From an uncultured Gemmatimonadales bacterium (GTDB lineage: Bacteria; Gemmatimonadota; Gemmatimonadetes; Longimicrobiales; RSA9), in NCBI GenBank assembly GCA_963798845.1, contig CAWCUS010000001.1:332999-396998 (forward strand): a DNA stretch of 64,000 nucleotides, in the 5' to 3' direction. The notes beneath the pieces are model-generated. The model had not been told where the DNA came from. It saw only the letters and a program-made list of their open reading frames with translations, and ran no database searches. Of the stretch, positions 56,102 through 63,928 are shown in pieces. Made by a program: the position numbers and the translations under genes. Within the stretch, counting starts at the first letter, position 1; each line of letters begins with the position of its first letter.

Positions 56102-56610
56102 CTATCAAAACCCTTCAAAACGAGATGGCGACCGTGTTGCGGGCGCTGGAGCCGGGAGACCGGCCGGCGCTCGAGCGGCTGGTCCGATCCGTGGAGCTGT
56201 TCAGCGCCGCGGAGAAGGACGTGGCGATGGAAGTGCTGGACGGATACATGGAGCACCCCGGGAAGGACTACCACGCGCTGGGCGCCTTCACCCACAGTGG
56301 CGACCTCCTGGGCTACGCGTGCTACGGCCCCACGCCGTGCACCGAGGGCACCTGGGACCTCTACTGGATCGCCGTGTCCGGGGAGTCCCGGGGCCGAGGC
56401 ATCGGAACCCTGCTGATGGAGGAGATTGAACGAAGGCTCGTCGAACAACACGCTCGACTCGTGCTCATCGAGACCGCCTCGCGCGCCGACTACGCCCCTA
56501 CCCGGGCGTTCTACGAGCGGCGCGACTACCAGGTGGTCGCACGGGTCCCGGATTTCTATGCGCCGGGCGACGATCGCGTGATCTTCGCCCGCACCTTCCC
56601 CAGCGTTTGA
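56098..56610 (+). CDS. GNAT N-acetyltransferase
   Basis: GYACYGPTP...GTWDLYWIAV...RGRGIG, IETAS...Y.PTRAFY; ATGA overlap with ligase 2. Confidence 0.9.
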   Translation: MTIKTLQNEMATVLRALEPGDRPALERLVRSVELFSAAEKDVAMEVLDGYMEHPGKDYHALGAFTHSGDLLGYACYGPTPCTEGTWDLYWIAVSGESRGRGIGTLLMEEIERRLVEQHARLVLIETASRADYAPTRAFYERRDYQVVARVPDFYAPGDDRVIFARTFPSV

Positions 56611-56624
56611 CCGACGAGAGAGAA

Positions 56625-58094
56625 ATGTCCAACTGGCAAGAGACCCTGAGGCAGAGCGTCACGACGGTAGACGATCTGATCGACCGCTTCGGTGCCGAGA
56701 ACGTGGACCGTGAAGCGGTCGAGAAGGCCATCGAGAAGTTCAACCTTCGCATCACCCCGGCCGCGCTTGCGCAGATCAAGGCGCCGGGCGACTGGGCATG
56801 GAACCAGTACGTACCCACGGGCGCGGAGAACGAGGTCGTGGACGGGATCGTCGACTCGCTGGACGAAGACGCGGACTCGCCCGTCCCGAACATCACGCAC
56901 CGCTACCCGGACCGCGTGCTGTTCCTGGTCTCGCCGGTGTGCTCCACCTACTGCCGGTTCTGCACGCGCCGACGGAAGGTGGGCGACCCGGAGAAGATCC
57001 CGCTGAACCAGTTCGACGCCGCGTTCGCATACCTGCGCGAGCATACGGAAGTGCGCGACGTGGTGCTCTCCGGCGGCGATCCGTTCATGCTGAGCGACCG
57101 GCGAATCGAGTACTTCCTCTCGACACTGCGCGCCATCCCGCACATCGAGATCATCCGAATCCACTCCCGGGTGCCCAACCACCTCCCCGAACGTGTCACG
57201 CCCGAGCTGGCGGACATGATCAGGAAGTACCACCCGGTGTACGTGAACGTGCACTTCAACCACCCGGACGAGCTCACGCCGGAGTCCATGAAGGCGCTCG
57301 GCCTGCTGGCAGACGCCGGCATCCCGCTCGGTTCCCAGAGCGTGCTGCTCAAGGGCGTGAACGACGACCCGGCGATCATGAAGCGGCTGATGCAGCGGCT
57401 CCTCGTCGCCCGCGTGAAGCCGTACTACATCTACCAGGCGGACGTGGTGGCCGGCGGCGAGCACTTCCGCACGTCCGTGCAGAAGGGGATCGAGATCATC
57501 CAGGCGATCCGCGGCTGGACTTCCGGGCTCGGCGTCCCGCACTACGTCATTGACGCCCCCGGCGGCGGCGGCAAGATCCCGATCCTGCCCGAGTACGTGC
57601 AGGCGGTCACCGACAGCGAGATCGTGCTCCGCAACTACGCGGGCGAGGAGTTCCGCTACCCGCTCCCGCAGGAGCCTGCGCGCGTCGGCAACGGGTGCGA
57701 CATCCCGAGCATCCCGAGCCGCATCGCCGCCCGCACCGCCCGCTCCGGCGGCGTCGCCGGCGCCGGCAAGAACGAGAACGGGCGGGCGCGGCACAAGAAG
57801 GCGGCGAGCGCCCAGGCCAACGCCAACCGCAGCGGCGGGGCCGCAGGCCGGTCCAGCCGCCCGTCCAATGGGAACGGCCGCAAAGCCGACCGCGCGATCG
57901 GCACGTCCGGGCCGAGCAACGGCGGCGGAAATGGCGGACCGAGGATATCCTCTGACGGCGGCGCGGGCTCGAACGGCAACCGCCAGCCCAGGACGAACGG
58001 CAACGGGCACCGGAACGGCCGCGGGAACGGCCACGCCGACCCGGCTCAGATCACCATCGAGACGCTGGGCGGCATCGTGCCGATGGACGTGTAG
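56625..58094 (+). CDS. KamA-family radical SAM lysine 2,3-aminomutase with low-complexity C-terminal tail
   Basis: ITHRYPDRVL, CSTYCRFCTRRR, VLSGGDP, HFNHP.E, QSVLLKGVND, PYYIYQAD, GWTSG, YVIDAPGGGGKIP (PLP lysine). Confidence 0.92.
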   Translation: MSNWQETLRQSVTTVDDLIDRFGAENVDREAVEKAIEKFNLRITPAALAQIKAPGDWAWNQYVPTGAENEVVDGIVDSLDEDADSPVPNITHRYPDRVLFLVSPVCSTYCRFCTRRRKVGDPEKIPLNQFDAAFAYLREHTEVRDVVLSGGDPFMLSDRRIEYFLSTLRAIPHIEIIRIHSRVPNHLPERVTPELADMIRKYHPVYVNVHFNHPDELTPESMKALGLLADAGIPLGSQSVLLKGVNDDPAIMKRLMQRLLVARVKPYYIYQADVVAGGEHFRTSVQKGIEIIQAIRGWTSGLGVPHYVIDAPGGGGKIPILPEYVQAVTDSEIVLRNYAGEEFRYPLPQEPARVGNGCDIPSIPSRIAARTARSGGVAGAGKNENGRARHKKAASAQANANRSGGAAGRSSRPSNGNGRKADRAIGTSGPSNGGGNGGPRISSDGGAGSNGNRQPRTNGNGHRNGRGNGHADPAQITIETLGGIVPMDV

Positions 58095-58110
58095 CCTCGC
58101 GGACGCGTCC

Positions 58111-58377
58111 GAGCGCTGGCGTCGGCCCGGCGGCCGGCGGAGGGTTGGCTTAGCCCGGCGGCGGCGGAGCGCTGGCCCCGGCCCGGCGGCGCCCGAGCGC
58201 TGGCCCCGGCCCGGCGGCCGGCGGAGCGCTGGCGTCGGCCCGGCGGCGGCCGAGCGCTGGCGTCGGCCCGGCGGCCGGCGGAGGGTTGGCTTAGCCCGGC
58301 GGCGGCGGAGCGTTGGCTTAGCCCGGCGGCGCCCGAGCGCTGGCCCCGGCCCGGCGGCGCCCGAGCGCTGGCGTCGG
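58111..58377. repeat. Degenerate 27-29-bp tandem array, about 9.5 units: GAG(C/G)G(C/T)TGGC-[GTCG/CCCG/TTA]-GCCCGGCGGC-[variable 4-5 nt]
   Basis: Units parsed by hand, starting just downstream of the kamA stop. Confidence 0.9.
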
Positions 58378-58563
58378 GCGGGAACCTGGCAAACGCCCGT
58401 CGTCGCCAGCCCTTCTGAGGCGCCTCGGGGGTTTCCCGCGCTATGTCCTGGAAACTCCCGAAGCGCCTCCAGCAGCCAGATCGATTGGGGGATTCCCCGG
58501 ACCAAGGGCAGGAAAGGCCCCAGACGCACCCAAACGCGCCGCGGGCACGGGAGTTCTCCGCAG

Positions 58564-58892
58564 CAGGCGGGCTCCGCCTTCGAGGCCAGGCGGGCTCCGC
58601 CTTCCCGGCGCCAGGCGGCCTCGGCCTTCGAGGCCAGGCGGGCTCCGCCTTCCCGGCGCCAGGCGGCCTCGGCCTTCGAGGCCAGGCGGGCTCCGCCTTC
58701 GCGGCCAGGCGGGGTCGGCGTTCGAGGCCAGGCGGGCTCCGCCTTCGAGGCCAGGCGGCCTCGGCCTCTGCGGCCAGGCGGCCTCGGGGCTTCCGCGCCA
58801 GGCGGCCTCGACCTCCGCGGCCAGGCGGCCTCGGGGCTTCGGCGCCAGGCAGCCTCGGGGCTTCCGCGCCCGGCGGGCTCGGCCTTCCGCGC
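58564..58892. repeat. Degenerate 23-25-bp tandem array, about 14 units, consensus CAGGCGG(G/C)CTC(C/G)GCCTTCGAGGC
   Basis: Units parsed by hand; ends at the stop codon of the convergent gene; AGGCGG-gct-CCGCCT is self-complementary. Confidence 0.9.
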
Positions 58893-60322
58893 TAGGCGCC
58901 CTCGTCCAGTCTGATGAGCGCCGGGGCCAACACGGTCGCGGGGTCGCCGCCGGCCGGGGTTTCAACGACACGGACCACGGGGCGTCCCTTGACGGTCATG
59001 CGGTCCACGGTCCCGGCCCGCCCGGGGCGGGCGGCGAGGACGCGGCGGTAGTCGGTGGCGAAGCGGTCGGCGGAGGCGTCGTCGTCCCACACGGAGTACC
59101 AGACCAGCGCCTGTCGGCCGTCGGGGCCGTCCAGGAGCGCGTAGCGGTCACCGTCCCAGCCGCGGGCGAAGTCGACGCCGGCCGCGCCCGGCCGAGCGCC
59201 CTCCCCATTCCGTGGGGCGCCGGCCGCGCCCGGCCGAGCGCCCTCCCCATTCCGCCGGGCGCCGGCCGCCCGGGGCGAACCGTCGGCGGCGGCCTCATCT
59301 CCGAGGTACTCGTCGAGGATGATGGACGTCTCGAGCTCGCCGAAATCGTTGGCGTAGGCCACGCTCCAGCCGTCGCCGGGAGCGCCCAGGTAGAGCGTGG
59401 TGGGCGCGTCGCGCGAGTCGATGAAGCGGTCCACGGGTCGCAGGACCTGCTCGGTGGACTGCGGAAGGAGGTCGCCGAAGGGGATGGGGATGTCGTCGCC
59501 CCGGCGGTGGCGAAAAAGCGCCTGCACGAACACGGCGCCGCCCATGTAGGGGAAGATGAGCGTCTCCCGGATGATGCGAGGGGCGCGCTGGAAGACGGGG
59601 TAGCGGTCGTTATGCCCCTCGATGGCCGGACGAAGGAGGCCGCGCATGTCAGGGAGGGTGCCCGGGTCGACGCGCTTGCCGGTTGCCCGCGCGGTCTGGA
59701 GGGCGGCCATGACCAGCGTCGCCTGCCCCTCGGCCGCGGCCTGCGCGGCCATCTGGCGGTCGTTGCCGCGCTCCCGCGACACCAGGGAGTCCAGGTCGGT
59801 GTACTGGTCCTGGAGCGCGTGCACCAGCTCGTGGGCGACCACCGGCGCAGCGGAGTCCGCGGCCACCCCCGCCAGCACGTAGAGCCGGTCCGACTTGGGA
59901 TCGTAGTAGCCCACCACCTGCTCGGCGTACAGCTCCAGCAGGAGCACGCGCAGGTCCATGGTGTCCGGGATCAGCCCGAGCGCGCGGTACACCCGCTCGG
60001 TCCCGCGCAGCTCCTCCGGGCCCATATCCTCGTCGAGCTGCGCGTCGATGAACGCCCGCGCGTCCGAGCGGGACTGGAGCGCGTACGCCACCGGGTGCTG
60101 CACGGGCAGCCCGCTCGCCTTGGAGATCTCCGGGACCAGCGCGTCGATCATGGCCGCGAGCCCCGCCGAGTCCAGGGGCGCCCCCGGCGTCGAGCCCGCG
60201 CGGGCGACGCCGCCGCCCGCCTCCGAGCGCTGTCGGGCCGCCGCGCCGCCCCAGCTGTCGCAGGCGGCCTGGGACAGCGCGAGGGCCGCCACGGCGACGG
60301 CCGCGATGCTACGCCCCGTCAT
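58892..60322 (-). CDS. Putative zinc metallopeptidase-like lipoprotein (HExxH)
   Basis: Lipobox-like LSQAAC; QVVGYYDP...LY, VVAHELVHALQDQY, AAEGQAT, FPY.GG..FV, PQSTEQ, GWDGDRY. Confidence 0.75.
   Translation of the reverse strand: MTGRSIAAVAVAALALSQAACDSWGGAAARQRSEAGGGVARAGSTPGAPLDSAGLAAMIDALVPEISKASGLPVQHPVAYALQSRSDARAFIDAQLDEDMGPEELRGTERVYRALGLIPDTMDLRVLLLELYAEQVVGYYDPKSDRLYVLAGVAADSAAPVVAHELVHALQDQYTDLDSLVSRERGNDRQMAAQAAAEGQATLVMAALQTARATGKRVDPGTLPDMRGLLRPAIEGHNDRYPVFQRAPRIIRETLIFPYMGGAVFVQALFRHRRGDDIPIPFGDLLPQSTEQVLRPVDRFIDSRDAPTTLYLGAPGDGWSVAYANDFGELETSIILDEYLGDEAAADGSPRAAGARRNGEGARPGAAGAPRNGEGARPGAAGVDFARGWDGDRYALLDGPDGRQALVWYSVWDDDASADRFATDYRRVLAARPGRAGTVDRMTVKGRPVVRVVETPAGGDPATVLAPALIRLDEGA
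59176..59269. repeat. In-frame 42-bp duplication (about 2.2 copies) in the metallopeptidase gene
   Basis: CGCCGGCCGCGCCCGGCCGAGCGCCCTCCCCATTCCG at 59176 and 59218; encodes (RNGEGARPGAAG..)2. Confidence 0.85.
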
Positions 60323-60935
60323 CCTGGGCCTCGCGACGCTGCAGCGCCTCGCCGTCGGGATCCTCCGGTCCCGGCAGCCCCTCGCCATCCTCGTCCTCCC
60401 GCCCCTGCAGCGCCTCGCCATCCTCGTGCTCCCGGCCCAGCAGCGCTTCGCCCCGCCCCAGCGCGCGCATCCCCGGCGTCGGCGACGCTGCGGGTTCCTC
60501 GCGCAGCGACCGTCCGGTGGCCGGGTCCAGCAACTCCGGATCCAGCTCGAGGAGCGGCACCAGCACGAAGGGCCGGTCTCGCATCCGGGGATGCGGGATC
60601 GTGAGCCCGGGGCGGTCGATCCGCCGGTCATCGTAGAGCAGGATGTCGACGTCGAGCGTGCGCGGGCCGTTGCGTACGGTCCGCTCGCGCCCGCGCTCTC
60701 GTTCCAGGCGGCGCGCCAGGACGAGCAGCGCGTCGGGCGCCAGGGCAGTGTCGACGCGGGCCACCATGTTCAGGAAGCGGGGCTGCTCCGTGTAGCCCAC
60801 CGGCTCGGTCTCGTAAACGGTCGACATGCCGGTGAGCTCGACGTCGGGCTCGCGGGCGAGGGCGCGGAGTGCGTGAGCCAGGTGACGCTCGCGCTCGCCG
60901 ACGTTGGTGCCGAGGCCGAGCCAGGCGGTGGCCAC
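60309..60935 (-). CDS. folK: 2-amino-4-hydroxy-6-hydroxymethyldihydropteridine diphosphokinase
   Basis: AWLGLGTNVG, YETEPVG...QP.FLN, LE...GR.R...NGPRTLDVDILLY, IPHPRM..R.FVL.PL. Confidence 0.95.
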   Translation of the reverse strand: MATAWLGLGTNVGERERHLAHALRALAREPDVELTGMSTVYETEPVGYTEQPRFLNMVARVDTALAPDALLVLARRLERERGRERTVRNGPRTLDVDILLYDDRRIDRPGLTIPHPRMRDRPFVLVPLLELDPELLDPATGRSLREEPAASPTPGMRALGRGEALLGREHEDGEALQGREDEDGEGLPGPEDPDGEALQRREAQDDGA

Positions 60936-60945
60936 GTCGCCGCTA

Positions 60946-61335
60946 TCAGGCGCGGCCGTAGCGGTCCTGGAGCCGGACGACGTCGTCGAGCTCGGGCGTG
61001 GACGCTTCCAGGATGTCCACGTCCGTGATCGCCGTCATGCGGTGCACCGTGCCGGGCGTGACGTGATAGCTCCCGCCCGTCTCCAGCGGCACTTCCGCCA
61101 GCGCCTCCACGCTGGGACCGGCCTCGAACTTCATGCGTCCGGTGAGCAGGTGGATGGTCTCGTCCTTCCGCTCGTGGTACTGGAGCGACAGGGCGTGGCC
61201 CGCCTTCACGTGCAGGATCTTGCCCACGTAGCGCCCGGTGTGCGCCCAGATCAGCTCATGGCCCCACGGCTTGTCCACGCGCACGGGCTGCGTCAGACCG
61301 CCCTTTTCCGCCGCCTTCCCGGCCGGCCCGCTCAT
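60946..61335 (-). CDS. Cupin-domain protein (mannose-6-phosphate isomerase-like)
   Basis: VDKPWGHE, ALSLQYH..KDET, PGTVHR, EASTPELDDVVRLQD.YGR. Confidence 0.88.
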   Translation of the reverse strand: MSGPAGKAAEKGGLTQPVRVDKPWGHELIWAHTGRYVGKILHVKAGHALSLQYHERKDETIHLLTGRMKFEAGPSVEALAEVPLETGGSYHVTPGTVHRMTAITDVDILEASTPELDDVVRLQDRYGRA

Positions 61336-62576
61336 GCGACGAACCTCACGCGCGCGAACCGCCGCTTCCCCCGGCGGAAGACCTTCTCGTCCCCTTCATC
61401 CGCTATCACCATGGCGTTCCGATCCTCCACCGAGTCTCCGTCCACGGCCACCGCTCCCTGTTCGATGAGTCGCGCCGCCTCGCTGTTCGACGACGCCAGC
61501 CCCGCCACGACGAGGACGCCGGCCACCCAAACCTGCCCGTCCTCGTGACGGACGCGCTCGTCGCCGAGCCGGACGGCGATCTCCGGCATCTCGTCCGGGT
61601 CCTCCTTCTTCCGGAAGACCTGGTCGAAGTGCGCTTCTCCCGCCTTCGCGCCATTCTCCCCGTGGTACGTGGCCGTGATCAGCCTGGCCAGCGCCCGCTT
61701 GGCCGCGTACGGCTCGTCGCCGGCGTGGCCAAGGGCGGTCTCCAGGGCGTCGCCCGTCAGCCCGCTGGCCATCCGGTACCACTCGCCGATGAGCGTGTCG
61801 GGGATCGACATGGTCTTCCCGTACATCTCCTCCGGCGGCTCCGTGAGGCCGATGTAGTTGTCGTACGACTTCGACATCTTCTGCTCGCCATCCGTGCCCC
61901 GGAGCAGCGGCATGATCAGGCAGACCTGGGGCTCCTGCCCGTATCGCTCCTGAATGGTCCTCGCCACAAGCAGGTTGAACTTCTGGTCGCTCCCGCCCAG
62001 CTCCACGTCGGCGCCCAGCGCCACCGAGTCGTACGCCTGCATGAGCGGGTACATGAGCTCCATCATGGAGATCGGGCGGTTCTCCTTGAGCCGCTTCTCG
62101 AAGTCGTCCCGTTCCAGCATGCGGGCGACCGTGTAGCCCGCCGTGAGCTTGAGGATGTCCGCCAGGTTCAGCGGTGCCAGCCACTTCGAGTTCGGCTCCA
62201 CGCGCACGCGGTCCACGTTCAGGATACGCCCCACCTGCTCCGCGTACGTGGCCGCGTTGGCCTCGATCTCCTCCGGCGACAGCGCCGGCCGGGTCTCGCT
62301 CCGCCCGCTCGGGTCCCCCACCCGGGCCGTGTAGTCGCCCACCACGAACACCACGCTGTGGCCCAGCTCCTGGAACGTGCGGAGCTTCCGCATGCTCACG
62401 GCGTGGCCGATGTGCAGGTCCGGCCGCGTGGGGTCGAAGCCCTGCTTGATGATCAGGGGCGTCCCCTGCTCCGAGCTCCGCTCCAGCTTCCGGACCAGGT
62501 CGACTTCGGGGATGATCTCCAGCGCGTCGCGCCGGATCTCGTCCATCTGCTCGTTCACGGGTGGGAACTTCGGCAC
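61332..62576 (-). CDS. tyrS: Tyrosine-tRNA ligase
   Basis: GFDPTRPDLHIGH, YPLMQAYDS, ELGGSDQKFN, KMSKS, C-terminal S4 (S.SEA.RLI.QGAV...GKRRF); GTG start inferred. Confidence 0.97.
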   Translation of the reverse strand: MPKFPPVNEQMDEIRRDALEIIPEVDLVRKLERSSEQGTPLIIKQGFDPTRPDLHIGHAVSMRKLRTFQELGHSVVFVVGDYTARVGDPSGRSETRPALSPEEIEANAATYAEQVGRILNVDRVRVEPNSKWLAPLNLADILKLTAGYTVARMLERDDFEKRLKENRPISMMELMYPLMQAYDSVALGADVELGGSDQKFNLLVARTIQERYGQEPQVCLIMPLLRGTDGEQKMSKSYDNYIGLTEPPEEMYGKTMSIPDTLIGEWYRMASGLTGDALETALGHAGDEPYAAKRALARLITATYHGENGAKAGEAHFDQVFRKKEDPDEMPEIAVRLGDERVRHEDGQVWVAGVLVVAGLASSNSEAARLIEQGAVAVDGDSVEDRNAMVIADEGDEKVFRRGKRRFARVRFVA

Positions 62577-62696
62577 GTCTCTTCCCTTCGTGCGGTCGGG
62601 GCCGCGTCCACTGCCGTTCCTCTCCGGCGCCGTCGCGCGCGCGGGTGTCGGAACCGGGGAAGGTGCCGGGACCGTGCAGGGAGTGTCAAGCCGGTG

Positions 62697-62935
62697 GGGA
62701 AGGGACGAAGGGGACGAAGGGCACGACGTTAAGGCCTGACACGAAGCCCACGAAGAGACGAAGGGAACCGGGCTCGAGCGGGCGCGAGGGCGTGGCAGGC
62801 GGCTGGGGCCCGGCAGCGTCCGGGGAAAACAGAATGGATCGCCCCGCGCGTATCCGGGCGGCGAACCATCCTGGCCCGGAATGCGGCGGGGCTGCCGCTC
62901 TTCGTGCCCTTCGACCCTACGAGCCCTTCGTGTCA
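62697..62935. repeat. Intergenic element with about 9-bp-periodic ACGAAG arms in inverted orientation
   Basis: GGACGAAGG/CACGAAG repeats at 62702-62765, and CTTCGTGCC-CTTCGACC-CTACGAGCC-CTTCGTGTCA at 62900-62935; TGACACGAAG (62737-62746) is the reverse complement of CTTCGTGTCA. Confidence 0.6.
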
Positions 62936-62991
62936 CGCCGTTCGGGCGGCCGGGCACACGCCCACATCCGCACCCGAGCCCCCCGGGCCGG

Positions 62992-63795
62992 CTACCACCC
63001 CCCCTTGATCCCCCTGAACATCAGCGGCCGCAGCCGTTTCCCCTTCTCCACGAAGTCGATGGTGTACGCCCGGATCTGCGGCCGCACCGGGCCGCCGTAG
63101 AACTCGATGGCATAGAGCTCAGCGGGCTGTACCCCGAAGAGCATCTCCTCGGGCACGCGACGATCGTCGAGGAATACCGCGGGCTTCACCACGTTGCCGC
63201 GGTACCGCAAGCACAGCTTCCACGGCAGCGCGGTATCGCATGGCACGGGGAGGTACGGGCTGCGCCACCGGGCGGCGGTCAGCGCGTCGCTCGCCCCAAC
63301 GCGCACCAGCTCCTCCCGCTCGATGGCCTTCACGGTTACCGGCGCCAGCCGCCGCCGCTCCTCCAGCCGCCTCGCCGTGACCCGGATCCGCTCGAGCTTC
63401 ACCGGCTGCGGCAGCAGGCCGATGGTGAGCATGTCCAGGTCCGCCACGCGCGTCCGCTCCTCCCAGGTGGCATACCCGAGCATCCGGATCCGCCACAGCT
63501 GCTCGCTCGCCGGCAGCCCACGCAGGAGGAAGCGGCCGTCGTCGTTCGTCACGGTGGTCCGGCCGAGCTCCGGCAGGCTCACGAGGGCGCCCGGGATGGC
63601 GGTGCCGCTCTGGATGTCCACCACGACGCCCGCGACCTCGATGGTGTCCGCCGGGATCGTGCGCTGTGCCCCGACCGCCGCCGGTGCCATGGCGAGCGCA
63701 GCCGTCGCCAGCACGGCCTGCCAGGAACGGGAGCGAGGCGATGTCGCACGGCTCGTCGCCGGTCGCCGGGTGGGTGAGGCGAGGAAGGTCAGCAT
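62992..63795 (-). CDS. Secreted carboxypeptidase-regulatory-like domain protein with TonB-plug-like C-terminus
   Basis: G.VVD..SG.AIPGALVSL.....T.TNDDGRF.L.GL......IRMLGY; V.LE.I.VTARR...I.REEL; VFLDD...AIEFY; start uncertain. Confidence 0.72.
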   Translation of the reverse strand: MLTFLASPTRRPATSRATSPRSRSWQAVLATAALAMAPAAVGAQRTIPADTIEVAGVVVDIQSGTAIPGALVSLPELGRTTVTNDDGRFLLRGLPASEQLWRIRMLGYATWEERTRVADLDMLTIGLLPQPVKLERIRVTARRLEERRRLAPVTVKAIEREELVRVGASDALTAARWRSPYLPVPCDTALPWKLCLRYRGNVVKPAVFLDDRRVPEEMLFGVQPAELYAIEFYGGPVRPQIRAYTIDFVEKGKRLRPLMFRGIKGGW

Positions 63796-63928
63796 GGCAT
63801 GGCTCCGTTCCGAACGTGGGCCCGGGCAGTCCCCGGTGTCAAGCACCACGCCGGCCGTGCCCGCGCTGGGGCGTCGGTATATCTTTGGTGTGAGCCGCAC
63901 CGTTTCCACGCCCAACCGAAGGAGGCGT

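Noticed and set aside
56625-58094. EF-P modification enzyme EpmB, or a lysine-fermentation kamA
   Set aside because: It has the LAM-type APGGGGK motif, and no efp/epmA or kamDE/kdd genes are nearby; the context is ligases plus a GNAT
58111-58892. CRISPR array
   Set aside because: Units are contiguous, with no unique spacers, and there are no cas genes; the same applies to the 21-bp array at 40974
56556-58971. Long ORFs crossing the repeat arrays (57550..58914 +, 56556..58529 -, 58441..58971 -, 58443..58895 +)
   Set aside because: Open only because GC-rich repeats lack stop codons; unit lengths shift frame, the translations are Arg/Ala/Gly/Pro-rich, and the two longest overlap kamA
62577-62991. 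T-box leader for tyrS
   Set aside because: No GGTGGNACCGCG motif or terminator on the coding strand
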